From positions 32,001 to 96,000 of IMG/VR virus record IMGVR_UViG_3300034171_000062: a stretch of 64,000 nucleotides of DNA; one strand, written 5' to 3'. A program made the translations under genes and the position numbers. Below, piece after piece: positions 39,658 to 48,856 of the stretch. A model generated the notes under the pieces. It saw only the letters and a program-made list of their open reading frames with translations. It made no database searches and was not told where the DNA came from. Source of the stretch: a virus (Duplodnaviria > Caudoviricetes). Numbering within the stretch: the first letter of the stretch is position 1; every line of letters starts with the position of its first letter.

Positions 39658-40742
39658 GCGCTCCGCCTCACCCAATTAAATTCACTTCTCAAGTCGCGGG
39701 CGGTGGAAATGCACCGATCGGCCTTGGTGATCTCCATCACTTTCTGCACGCCCCGTACCGCGCACTTGGCAACGAACTCACAGCCGCCACAGACGCCGTT
39801 GGACTGGGCTAACGTGATACACTCGAACATAGACGCTTCTTCTTGAGTAAAGATGTTCTCGAAGGTCCAGGGTCCGGCAACCCGATGTTCCGGTTCGAAT
39901 GAGGAAAACGCTTCTACGATGAACGGGGGGACAAACATCTCTCCGTTGCGATACACCACGTCCCAATCCTCACCCTCGTTGGTTTGCAGTTCCACAATTT
40001 CAAAGTGCTCGCCCTTCTCGTTGGCCGCGATGCGAGACTGAACCAGTAAGTGGTTCAAGTGGTGGAGGCTGGTTAGAAACCGATCCCGATTGGCTGGGTC
40101 TCGCAAACTTTCACGCCCATGGGGTAAAATGATGTCACTGTGGCTGGTGGGATGAAGATCGATGCGGTACGCCCGGGTCATGATGTCACTGGTCATGGTA
40201 AACCCACGTTTGGCGTCGTTGGCTATCGACTCTTCAAAGTTCATCACGCTGTAGACCCGAGTGATCTTCACCGTCTTCAAACAACTTTCAAAATACGCCA
40301 CCCGTTTGCAAAGCTTATCGACGTAGGACGGGTTGTCGATGTGTCTTACTTCAAAGGGCACGGTAAACTTCAACAACCCATTGGGAATCATCGCCTCCAT
40401 CTGTTGGGCCAGCTTTTGATAAATGAGGGGGTTGGGATCAAGGAACGCGCAGTTCAAAGTCGTCTTCATGAACCGCCGGGCAATGGACAAAACTCTGGGG
40501 TGTTCCAGAACGGCGTCTCTATTGTCAGAACTCAAAATGTCCGTGGGTCCTATGATGAAGTTGAGCATCTCCAGTTCTGCCACCTCGAAGCTGTCAAGCA
40601 TAGCGTCGATCCGGTCAAATTCTTCTTCAGTAGGAAGAACGTTGTCTTCTTTCTCCACCATACAGCCAGAGCAGTTGTGACGACATCCGGAGGCGATCTC
40701 CATAGTGAAGTCGATTAACTTATTGATTTGGGATATGTGCAT
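39654..40742 (-). CDS. radical SAM-like protein (atypical; no GGE motif)
   Basis: CRHNCSGC (Cx3Cx2C); GPTD in place of GGE; C-terminal CGGCEFVAKC. Confidence 0.75.
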   Translation of the reverse strand: MHISQINKLIDFTMEIASGCRHNCSGCMVEKEDNVLPTEEEFDRIDAMLDSFEVAELEMLNFIIGPTDILSSDNRDAVLEHPRVLSIARRFMKTTLNCAFLDPNPLIYQKLAQQMEAMIPNGLLKFTVPFEVRHIDNPSYVDKLCKRVAYFESCLKTVKITRVYSVMNFEESIANDAKRGFTMTSDIMTRAYRIDLHPTSHSDIILPHGRESLRDPANRDRFLTSLHHLNHLLVQSRIAANEKGEHFEIVELQTNEGEDWDVVYRNGEMFVPPFIVEAFSSFEPEHRVAGPWTFENIFTQEEASMFECITLAQSNGVCGGCEFVAKCAVRGVQKVMEITKADRCISTARDLRSEFNWVRRSA

Positions 40743-40746
40743 GTGC

Positions 40747-41802
40747 TCACCAGTTGCATTTGTGACCGAGTTTGCCAAGTATGGATAAACACCGATCCGT
40801 CTCCAGTAATCGCTGAACACGGTGAACGCCCCGCGTAGCACATTTACTGACAAATCGACATCCGGAACAGTCATTAGACTGCGACGCGCGCGTAATCGAT
40901 TCGAAGAAGGTGTCTTGATCCGAACGTTGTATTGAATCCAATGTCCAAGGCTTCTCAAATTTAAAGTCGGGGTGGAAGACAGCAATCGGACTGTTAATAA
41001 ACGGTGCGATGTAAAGATCCCCATTCCGATAGGCCAAATGGTAGTCGGCCCCAACGTGAGCGCTCAAGTCGTCGACTGTGAACTCGTATCCGGCGTCCAC
41101 TTGATTGGCAAAGGTTTGGTTCTGTTTTAAGATGGCGCGCAAGAACTCATCGCGATCTTCCTTTACGCTGAGATCCCGGCGGCCGTAGTGAAACACGAAC
41201 GTGGTGGTGTCCGATTTCTCAAACAACTCGATGTGTCGGGTGGCGTAAAGAACCTCTTCATTGATCAGGCCGTTATCAAGCATGGACTCGGTCATGTTGA
41301 CGATGGCCGTCACGCTGGCGATTGTGACTGTTTCTAAGTGTTGATTGAGCCAAGCAATCCGCCCTCGGAGTTTCTCCAAGTAGGCGACGTTGCGGTGGTG
41401 TTTCAATTCAACGGGCACCAAGAACTCTACGTTCAGACCGGGCATAAACGCGTCCAACTCTTTAGCGAATTCCACGTAAGCATCGGCCTTGGGATTCAAG
41501 AACGAACAGTTAAAGACCACCGATTTAAACCCAGTAACTAGATCCCGTATGATGGGATGAGTCAATACGTCGGTCCGGTTGCTGGCCGACATGACGTCCA
41601 CCGGCGCAAACTCCATCCACGACATCTCCCACCCGCGCTCACGCACGTCGTCCACCACGTCCCGTAAGGCGTGGAGGTCGTCTTCGGTGTATGGGGTTAC
41701 ACCTGTGGTGTTAACGCTGCACCCTGAACACCCGTAGTCGCAGTCTTTCAGTAGTTCCAGTGCCAGGTTACCAATGTTGTCCCCTCGGATCATAATCGTC
41801 AT
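40747..41802 (-). CDS. radical SAM-like protein (atypical; paralog of the previous gene)
   Basis: CDYGCSGC; APVD in place of GGE; C-terminal CSGCRFVSKC. Confidence 0.75.
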   Translation of the reverse strand: MTIMIRGDNIGNLALELLKDCDYGCSGCSVNTTGVTPYTEDDLHALRDVVDDVRERGWEMSWMEFAPVDVMSASNRTDVLTHPIIRDLVTGFKSVVFNCSFLNPKADAYVEFAKELDAFMPGLNVEFLVPVELKHHRNVAYLEKLRGRIAWLNQHLETVTIASVTAIVNMTESMLDNGLINEEVLYATRHIELFEKSDTTTFVFHYGRRDLSVKEDRDEFLRAILKQNQTFANQVDAGYEFTVDDLSAHVGADYHLAYRNGDLYIAPFINSPIAVFHPDFKFEKPWTLDSIQRSDQDTFFESITRASQSNDCSGCRFVSKCATRGVHRVQRLLETDRCLSILGKLGHKCNW

Positions 41803-42743
41803 TGTGTCTCAGCCCATTGCAATAAGTGAATGAACCCGTTGCACGACTGGTCGGTACTCTGCACGTCTCTCAGGTGTTCTGACAGACACCGTCCAAAATA
41901 CGTACAGCCGCTGCAACCTGATGTCAGTACCCTCGTCTTCTCAGTGTCACACCACGCAAAATACGCGTCGATGCTGTCCATCTCCAAGAAGAACTCGTTG
42001 TCCGCCTCATCGAACTCCAACACGCCAAACTGGCCGCTGGGGGTGATGTACACATGGTCGTCGGAAAACGCGTTGCGCTGGCCAGACAGACTCTCTTGAA
42101 TCTGCTGAGCGTTGACGAATTCAAACTTCATCTCAGACTGACGTTCGTACAATTGCTTAATGAACGCCTCGTACTCCGGGTATCCTACCGGCAACTGATT
42201 GGCCTGATTCGGACTGTAGGGCTTGATCTCCACCGAACTGAGATTGGCCAGAAGATTCAATGTCCCAACAATCTCATCGGGGGTCTTTGCTAGAACCTCT
42301 GGGGTGGCCAAGATCAGAATCGAGAACTCCCGCTCCATCTTTAACATCTGTTGAAAGACGTGTTCGTGTCTCTCGCGTGCATCGAAGTCGTAGCTGACTG
42401 ACAAGTACCAGTCCGGGTCGTGCATCACAGCGTTGTTCACAGACAGATTGGTGATGATGTTCAGATCGTCGATCCCGCGGGCGTGGAGACCTTCTTTTAA
42501 TTCGTTGATGTACTCCGAAGGCAACAGCAACGGTTCGCCTCCGTAGAGGTCCACCATACCCACGGGTCTATGTGCCAGCACCTCATCCACACGTTCAAAC
42601 AACCGTGTCAGCGACAGACGTTTCTTGTCTGCCAGTTGCACTGGAGTCAAGTAACAGAAGTTGCATCGGAAGTTGCAGTAGTACGAAGGATTTACCGACA
42701 AATTGATCGGTTGATCAGTCGACGTTAACGAGTGTAAGTTCAT
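41799..42743 (-). CDS. radical SAM protein
   Basis: CNFRCNFC, YGGEP, TNL, C-terminal CSGCTYFGRC. Confidence 0.9.
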   Translation of the reverse strand: MNLHSLTSTDQPINLSVNPSYYCNFRCNFCYLTPVQLADKKRLSLTRLFERVDEVLAHRPVGMVDLYGGEPLLLPSEYINELKEGLHARGIDDLNIITNLSVNNAVMHDPDWYLSVSYDFDARERHEHVFQQMLKMEREFSILILATPEVLAKTPDEIVGTLNLLANLSSVEIKPYSPNQANQLPVGYPEYEAFIKQLYERQSEMKFEFVNAQQIQESLSGQRNAFSDDHVYITPSGQFGVLEFDEADNEFFLEMDSIDAYFAWCDTEKTRVLTSGCSGCTYFGRCLSEHLRDVQSTDQSCNGFIHLLQWAETQ

Positions 42744-43812
42744 CGATACTCTCATCCACATAGGGGGTTGGGATCAAGATCCCGGTTAATCCGTTGGCTT
42801 CGATGAGGTCGGGGGCCAGTGCTTTCATCTTGCGACAGTGTTCTTCGACGCGGCCGGTCTTCTTGGCGTCTCGGATGCTCTTCTTACAGCCGTTGCAAAT
42901 GGAGAACATGGGACAGAAGTAACAGTCCTGCTTTAAACTGTCCAACTCAAACACCTGAAGTGGGAGTTGCTTCTTACCCGTCATTTCTTCTTCGAAGTTG
43001 ATCGGGTATTCCCCATCGTCACCAAAGGAACCGCAGGAGTAATAGTCCCCACTCGGCTGCATGGCCCGGATGCCAGAGTCGCACGTGCGCTTCAAAGGAC
43101 ACGTGGTAGCACCACCCGCTAGGGCAACGGTCATTTGTTGTGTGCCGTGTTCCCACTCAGTCAGTCCTCGGCGATGGAGGTCCAGATAGACTTCGTACAT
43201 GTCCGCTACCAAGAAGTGCTGACCTTCATTGCCCATGGTGCCTTTCTTGGTTTGAACAACCGGCCCGGAGGCGTTGGCGTAGTTCAGCTTACACGACACA
43301 CCCATGGCCTTGGCCAACTCTACGGTTTTCACCGCTTCATGGCGATTACTCTCATCGACGACGGCGATGAACGTGGGGCGGTATCCTACGTGCTCTAACA
43401 TGGTGTCTGAGACGGCCCAGAACTCGTCTTCGGTGAACGGGGTATAATCCCCCTTCAATCGTTTCTCACCGTACTGGAAGCTCGTAGCGACGCCCACACG
43501 AGGGTGATTGAACAGAGGCGCCCACTTCCCCGGTTTCTTGTAGAACGGCCAGAGATTGGAGGTCAGTGAGATGCTGGTGTTTTCCATCTTCAACTCGTCC
43601 AACATCTCAATCAAGGCCCAGTAATACGCCGGTGGCATCATTAACGGGTCGCCGCCGTTGACGATGATGGTGTTGGTTTCCGGGAAACGTTCCAAGAACC
43701 GACGTATATCGACCAACTCCAGAATGTCGTTGCTGTCCTCGGCGATGTTTGTGCTGGAACAGAACGTGCATTTAAAGTTGCATTTCTCCGTGGGTTTGAT
43801 TATGAGATCAAT
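42715..43812 (-). CDS. radical SAM/SPASM protein with apparent ATT start
   Basis: Frame extends past the track start to IDLIIKPTEKCNFKCTFC; GGDP; C-terminal CYFCPMFSICNGC; AGGAGG 8 nt before ATT. Confidence 0.88.
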   Translation of the reverse strand: MDLIIKPTEKCNFKCTFCSSTNIAEDSNDILELVDIRRFLERFPETNTIIVNGGDPLMMPPAYYWALIEMLDELKMENTSISLTSNLWPFYKKPGKWAPLFNHPRVGVATSFQYGEKRLKGDYTPFTEDEFWAVSDTMLEHVGYRPTFIAVVDESNRHEAVKTVELAKAMGVSCKLNYANASGPVVQTKKGTMGNEGQHFLVADMYEVYLDLHRRGLTEWEHGTQQMTVALAGGATTCPLKRTCDSGIRAMQPSGDYYSCGSFGDDGEYPINFEEEMTGKKQLPLQVFELDSLKQDCYFCPMFSICNGCKKSIRDAKKTGRVEEHCRKMKALAPDLIEANGLTGILIPTPYVDESIDELTLVNVD

Positions 43813-43841
43813 CTTACTACCCTCCTAGCCCGGAGGCTCGT

Positions 43842-44900
43842 TTAAACGTTCAGTGTGGGTATGCGTTGAGCGGCACCATCGCTGACGGCGTCGATGTATC
43901 GATGGGTGGCTTTGTACACACACTCATCCATTTCGTCTCGGTGGCGATACGCGTGTTGCATGAAGCACCCCAACTCACAGCGTTGAAAGTACTCGCACGT
44001 CAAGCACCCATATTTCTCCATGAAGTGTTCTTCAATGCCCCGATTGCTCTGCGGATCGATGGGCACTTCGTAGATCTCTTCGGCAATCTTTGGGTCGATG
44101 AGGTTACCGCACCCACAGGTAGTGCCGTCTTCCAAAATCAACTTACTGGATCGACACGACAAACTACTGGACTTGCGTTCCATCCACCCAGCGATCGGTT
44201 CGCAGTTTGGGTAGTTATCGATCAAAAACGTAAACAACTTGAACAGATCCAAATCGCCTGGGGCGGCTGGAGTAACTTCATCGGGCATCAGGTAATCGAA
44301 ATAGATCTTAAACCCAGCGCCATAGACCCATTTAAAGAACGCGTCCTGATCTCTTAGGAAGTGATCGATGTTCTGCTTGGTTGCGACTAGACAGACGCTT
44401 CTAATGATTCTGGGTCCGAAGTATTCTAAGTTGGCTTTAAACGCTTCAAACTGCTTGCGGTTAAAGCGACCTTTGGGATCGTAGGACGTCGTGAACGTCG
44501 TGGGAATGCCCGCCGTTGCGCACTCTTCAATGAACAGACTCAATTGAGTTCGATCGTCCGTCACCAGGTTGGTCACCCAGTTAAGCGTGACTCGGATGTT
44601 ATTCAAGCGTGCGTGGGCTACGATCGCTTGTGCCAGTTTTACGTACGCCGCGCGCATCGTGGGAGTAAAGACCTCCGGCGCGAAGACCTCCCCACCCATG
44701 ATGTTAAACACCACAACCGACTTGGTCTCCTTGTCCAGAAGCTTCACCACCGCGGGCAATTTCCCCAGTATATCGTCCACGCCTACTAAGGAGTCGTGGT
44801 CCTGCCAGCAGAAACTGCACGACAGGTTACAGTACTCGAACAGGTGTATCGTGTATTCCTGTTCGGGGTCTCGCTTGCTGTTCAATAAGAGATCGGTCAT
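43842..44900 (-). CDS. radical SAM/SPASM protein
   Basis: CNLSCSFC, MGGE, C-terminal CLTCEYFQRCELGC. Confidence 0.9.
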   Translation of the reverse strand: MTDLLLNSKRDPEQEYTIHLFEYCNLSCSFCWQDHDSLVGVDDILGKLPAVVKLLDKETKSVVVFNIMGGEVFAPEVFTPTMRAAYVKLAQAIVAHARLNNIRVTLNWVTNLVTDDRTQLSLFIEECATAGIPTTFTTSYDPKGRFNRKQFEAFKANLEYFGPRIIRSVCLVATKQNIDHFLRDQDAFFKWVYGAGFKIYFDYLMPDEVTPAAPGDLDLFKLFTFLIDNYPNCEPIAGWMERKSSSLSCRSSKLILEDGTTCGCGNLIDPKIAEEIYEVPIDPQSNRGIEEHFMEKYGCLTCEYFQRCELGCFMQHAYRHRDEMDECVYKATHRYIDAVSDGAAQRIPTLNV

Positions 44901-45910
44901 AGTTCGAACCCTTTACACGCCTCCGACTTCAATCCCACCGCCCAATGGATGACGTGGACTTTTAACTTGTCCATGTCGGCCCAATCTAGGTAGTCGGTGT
45001 GTTCGTTGCTGGCACGTATCATGGAAATGAAAAGATCGGTTGCTTCGCCATCCTCAATCGGGTCGACGCTGCTGATGATCCTTAGTTTGGCCCGTTCGGC
45101 TTCGATTTGCAGTTTCTCGATCTGAGGTTCCTGATCCAGATACAAGGCAAAGTCCCGACACAGCGCGTCTTGAGTGGGTTGTTTCATCCGCGTGATCCGA
45201 AGCGTCAGATTGGGGTCGGTCAAGAAATTGAACCCAGGTACCTTACGCAGTAAATTCACCTCGCCGACGTGCTGGCTGGCGTCGTATCCGTACTTCTTCT
45301 GCATGTGGGCTGAGAAGAACAAAGACACCAGATTACGCTGAATTTCATGCACGTGATTGATCGTCGACCGTAACGCAAACATACGTACGTCCTCGGCGAT
45401 GCTTACGCGCTTGTTGCCTGAAAGATAGTCCAACAACTTATACTCCAGAGAGAGCTTCTCTGGAATGTCGCGCACCACCGTCCGAAGGTCGGCGTCGCCT
45501 TCGAGGTTGGCGTAATCTGAAACCATCTCTTTAACGACTTCCCCTTTAGGTAACGCCACGCCCTGAGTATTCAATGCCACCAGTTCCAGTCCCAATAGGG
45601 TTTGTACTTGACTCAGAGTGGCGTTGGGGAAAATGGCTTTCAGCCACTTACTGATCAACTTACCGTAAGACTCAAGACTGGTGTAGATAACGATCTTCTT
45701 GTCCCCTACGCCTTTATACTGCGTGAGTAACTTAGTGAAACCGGTGGCCACAAACTCATCTTCGTCAGCGGTCAGTCCCATTAGGATAGGACCAGCAAGT
45801 TCTCGCTCGTCGTAGTTCTCAGCCATAACCTTGGAGGCCAGGTAGAACGCATGTTTTTCCGATTTGATGCTATCCACGGCTAGGTAGATGCGATTAAACA
45901 AATGATACAT
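44897..45910 (-). CDS. hypothetical cluster protein
   Basis: 337 aa; coupled at both ends. Confidence 0.75.
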   Translation of the reverse strand: MYHLFNRIYLAVDSIKSEKHAFYLASKVMAENYDERELAGPILMGLTADEDEFVATGFTKLLTQYKGVGDKKIVIYTSLESYGKLISKWLKAIFPNATLSQVQTLLGLELVALNTQGVALPKGEVVKEMVSDYANLEGDADLRTVVRDIPEKLSLEYKLLDYLSGNKRVSIAEDVRMFALRSTINHVHEIQRNLVSLFFSAHMQKKYGYDASQHVGEVNLLRKVPGFNFLTDPNLTLRITRMKQPTQDALCRDFALYLDQEPQIEKLQIEAERAKLRIISSVDPIEDGEATDLFISMIRASNEHTDYLDWADMDKLKVHVIHWAVGLKSEACKGFEL

Positions 45911-46635
45911 TACGTTTCCTCGATGGCTATTTCGTCGTTCTTTAAAGCGACGAGCGCGTCTTCGAACTCTTCGTTCGTAAGCATCTCATCGTCCACCATA
46001 GACACCAGAAGAACGTGTAAGTCGTTCTCTGGAATGGCCCAAAACGAAAACAGGTTCTTACTTTTGAACATGTAGTCGTTAAAGTACTTGGTGTAATTCC
46101 GCACCAGGCCGTCGTTTACCACTTCCATGGCGATAGGAAACAACGGATTGTCAAACAGATTGACAAAGTTGATGCCTTTGGTGTCTGCCGTGTCGTCGAC
46201 TGGGTAGTTGTTGACCAGCGCTTGCAGGGCGTCGTCTTGAATGGTTGTCATCATGTACAAACTCATGGAGTCGATCAACGACAGCCACTTGCCCAATATA
46301 CCGAGTCGGTCTTTAATCCATTTGTCGGTCACCCAATTGCACACACCCAATCCCTTGATGTGGAGCATTACTTCCAACACCATGGTTTCCAACTTCTTAC
46401 ATTTCAGTAAGGTGGGTAGGTTCAAATACGCGTCCAACACCTCCAAGGCGTCCTCACCCAAAAAGGTGACTTCAACCGGTAGGTCTAGGTTACTTAAGTA
46501 GATCAGGGCTTGCAGTGGGTTTACTCGATCCTTCGAGGCCGACAGGTCGATCTCCAAAGAGACCTCTGGATCGCCGATGATCTCCCGAAGGGTGGCGACG
46601 GGAATGGGGACGGTGGTTTGGACTACAGTACTCAT
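45910..46635 (-). CDS. hypothetical cluster protein
   Basis: TAATG-coupled; AGAGGA RBS. Confidence 0.75.
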   Translation of the reverse strand: MSTVVQTTVPIPVATLREIIGDPEVSLEIDLSASKDRVNPLQALIYLSNLDLPVEVTFLGEDALEVLDAYLNLPTLLKCKKLETMVLEVMLHIKGLGVCNWVTDKWIKDRLGILGKWLSLIDSMSLYMMTTIQDDALQALVNNYPVDDTADTKGINFVNLFDNPLFPIAMEVVNDGLVRNYTKYFNDYMFKSKNLFSFWAIPENDLHVLLVSMVDDEMLTNEEFEDALVALKNDEIAIEET

Positions 46636-47192
46636 TAACGACGTCCTCTTGAGTTGTGACAGCTGTCGTGACATTGGGCGTGACAGATGTCGCGCGCTAA
46701 CGTGTGGGTGGTGTTCACTCGGGCGTAGTTATAATACGCATTGCGTAACCGTTCAATGAACCCGTCCGCGCCCGCCCGATCGATGGCGTAGCCGTCGTCC
46801 ACCGTGCCCGCAGCTTGGGCTGGGATGTTGATTTCCTGGGCGGCGGTTAGATTGGCGATGGTCGTGGTGTCGTATATCACTCTATACCCATTGCCTGACG
46901 ACCACCCAGTCCGGTTCTGACGGATATAAATGCGTGTCCGGCGGATGCGGGAGTAGTTCTTCATATACGCATGCAGGGTAGCGCGCATGGTGTCGGCATC
47001 CAATACCCCACCCGGACCTTCAATCGCCGCGTAGGGCGGCAATGAGTAGTATCCGCTGGTAGTGCCCCCAAACCATCCGTACAGGGAATTTGCTGGGTAG
47101 TTGTTGGTGCCCCAGGATATCCCACTGCGGGACAGGGCACTTACCCTTTCACTGAATTTTAAGTAGACGTCTGCTGTCTTGATCTCGGCCAT
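46635..47192 (-). CDS. candidate modified substrate / virion protein ending in CHAQCHDSCHNSRGRR
   Basis: 185 aa; Gly/aromatic-rich body; all three Cys in the terminal (CHxx)3 motif; flanked by rSAM genes. Confidence 0.75.
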   Translation of the reverse strand: MAEIKTADVYLKFSERVSALSRSGISWGTNNYPANSLYGWFGGTTSGYYSLPPYAAIEGPGGVLDADTMRATLHAYMKNYSRIRRTRIYIRQNRTGWSSGNGYRVIYDTTTIANLTAAQEINIPAQAAGTVDDGYAIDRAGADGFIERLRNAYYNYARVNTTHTLARDICHAQCHDSCHNSRGRR

Positions 47193-47238
47193 GTCAAGGT
47201 TCCTATAAGTTTAAATGTCCATACGATCTAACGATCCT

Positions 47239-48297
47239 TTATCCCACGTTAAGTACCGGAATGATATCCGTCTCTCCGTATTTAAAGTGAGATAGGAGCA
47301 ATCTCAATCCAGGACACGAGTTGCCCTGCCAAATCAGTCGATGGCAGTCCCCGCCACAGACATCGAATAAGTGACAACTTAAGCAGTTGGGGTTAACGTC
47401 CAGTTCGTCGACAATGCGTTCCGTACGACCGTCGCTTAAAAGGAACTCTTCCAAATTGTCGTCCAAGGTCCCGTTCGATTCCACCTTGGCGCCGTTGGCA
47501 CACCCGCCGATGTTTCCTGCGCCGTCTACCGTAAACAAGTTCTGTTCGCACGTGCGGCAGTTGGTGTCTACGTTATACTGGTTGGTTTCGAACTTAGTCT
47601 CTATGGTTTCCAACGTGCCGATGGTGAAGTTGGGTTTCAGACGTTTGTACGCGAAGTACAAATCGTAGTAAAACTTATCCACCGCCCGATTGTCTGGGAA
47701 CATATGGGGGTTGTCCACCGCGTTGCCGTCGGAAGTTAGACGTTCGATGGCCACGTCCGTCACCCCAAACGTCCCCCACAACTTGATCAACTCATCGACG
47801 TTGTACGTAAGAGTCTGATCGGTGACGGTCACAAACATCTTAATGGTGATGTTCATGTCTCGCAGAGTCTTCAAGTTCCCAAGCCACTGTTGATACATCC
47901 GCTCGGTCTTAAATCGATACACTGGGTCCCAACTCGTACCGACGTGACTCCCCATCACTTTGATGAAAAAGTTCGTGTGTTCATCGGTCAACTTATATAT
48001 GAGATTGGTGGTGGCGCCGATTGAGATGTCGTCCCAGCGTTCTTCGCCCACCAGACGTTTGACCGTTAAGGCAAAGTCCCAATGTTCGTGAATAGGACGT
48101 AAGAAAGGCTCGCCCCCATGTAACTCCAAATGTAAATGTTCGTCGTTGAACTGCTGAGCCAACTCACTGACCCACCCAGCAACCTTCTGAGTATCCCAAG
48201 CAGTCTTCGCCCCCTTCGACCCTGAGGTAAAGCAGTGATCGCAATCCAGATTACAAGTGTCCGTTGGTTTGATGTACACTACCTTCATAACTGCCAC
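47239..48297 (-). CDS. radical SAM/SPASM protein
   Basis: YIKPTDTCNLDCDHC, LHGGEP, CRTC...GC...CLSCHLFDVCGGDC...C. Confidence 0.92.
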   Translation of the reverse strand: MAVMKVVYIKPTDTCNLDCDHCFTSGSKGAKTAWDTQKVAGWVSELAQQFNDEHLHLELHGGEPFLRPIHEHWDFALTVKRLVGEERWDDISIGATTNLIYKLTDEHTNFFIKVMGSHVGTSWDPVYRFKTERMYQQWLGNLKTLRDMNITIKMFVTVTDQTLTYNVDELIKLWGTFGVTDVAIERLTSDGNAVDNPHMFPDNRAVDKFYYDLYFAYKRLKPNFTIGTLETIETKFETNQYNVDTNCRTCEQNLFTVDGAGNIGGCANGAKVESNGTLDDNLEEFLLSDGRTERIVDELDVNPNCLSCHLFDVCGGDCHRLIWQGNSCPGLRLLLSHFKYGETDIIPVLNVG

Positions 48298-48770
48298 CGG
48301 TCTTCTAAGAATTGTTCGTTACCAAAACTGATCATGATCGATTCGAATTCGTTTGTAGCACGATGCATAACGCCCGCCGGAATCCACACCGTTGGGTTGT
48401 ATATCGGATCGAGGGTGATGACCTCCCCACCAATTTCAATCGTCTTTTTACCGTAAACGCATTTCAGTAGAATGTCGTACGGGTCTTCATGCAACCTAAA
48501 GCTAGGCGCGCCAGCCACCGCCCAAAACAGATGTGCGTTGCACGGACCGTCGTGACCGGTTTCCTTCTTTATCCGAACCGTCTCCAACTGCACCTCTCGG
48601 AACACCCGTTCCAACTCTTCCACCTTGATGGTCTTTAAGGAACCGTCGAACGCCTCAGCCACTGAGCTTATCGGGCGAATGTGGTGGTCGGTGTCGATGC
48701 GAGAGACCAAACTTTCCTCGTACAGATCCGGCAGCGTCAGCAGCATTTCAATGCGGTCTTTAAAATCCAT
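48285..48770 (-). CDS. JmjC/cupin-type Fe(II)/2OG hydroxylase
   Basis: NAHLF...SFRLHEDPYD (HxD)...GKK...WIPAGVMH; GAGGAG RBS. Confidence 0.8.
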   Translation of the reverse strand: MDFKDRIEMLLTLPDLYEESLVSRIDTDHHIRPISSVAEAFDGSLKTIKVEELERVFREVQLETVRIKKETGHDGPCNAHLFWAVAGAPSFRLHEDPYDILLKCVYGKKTIEIGGEVITLDPIYNPTVWIPAGVMHRATNEFESIMISFGNEQFLEDRWQL

Positions 48771-48791
48771 GGCGGGTCTCCTCAGTAATCT

Positions 48792-48795
48792 CATA
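48792..48795 (-). promoter_or_regulatory. putative TATG late promoter heading the modification cluster
   Basis: TATG lies between the upstream terminator and the RBS, as in phiKZ late promoters; a short motif, so weak evidence. Confidence 0.4.
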
Positions 48796-48822
48796 CCTTG
48801 AGCCGTCGAAGTATCGCTTTAC

Positions 48823-48854
48823 ACGGAAAAAGAGAGGACCCGAAGGTCCTCTCT
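48823..48854 (-). terminator. intrinsic terminator
   Basis: AGAGAGGACC-TTCG-GGTCCTCTCT-TTTTCCG (- strand). Confidence 0.85.
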
Positions 48855-48856
48855 AT

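Noticed and set aside
40743-41054. 104-aa N-terminal extension of the 39654 rSAM
   Set aside because: It overlaps the upstream gene almost entirely. The ATG at 40742 has an RBS and matches the paralog's length.
46635-46690. CHxxCH as c-type heme-binding sites
   Set aside because: The spacing is Cx3CH, not CxxCH, and there is no export signal or cytochrome c maturation gene.
39654-48297. rSAM block as a DNA-modification (7-deazaguanine) or anaerobic RNR-activating pathway
   Set aside because: No FolE, QueD, QueC, DpdA or NrdD in the window. SPASM-like tails and the tail-gene context fit protein modification better, though this is not formally excluded.
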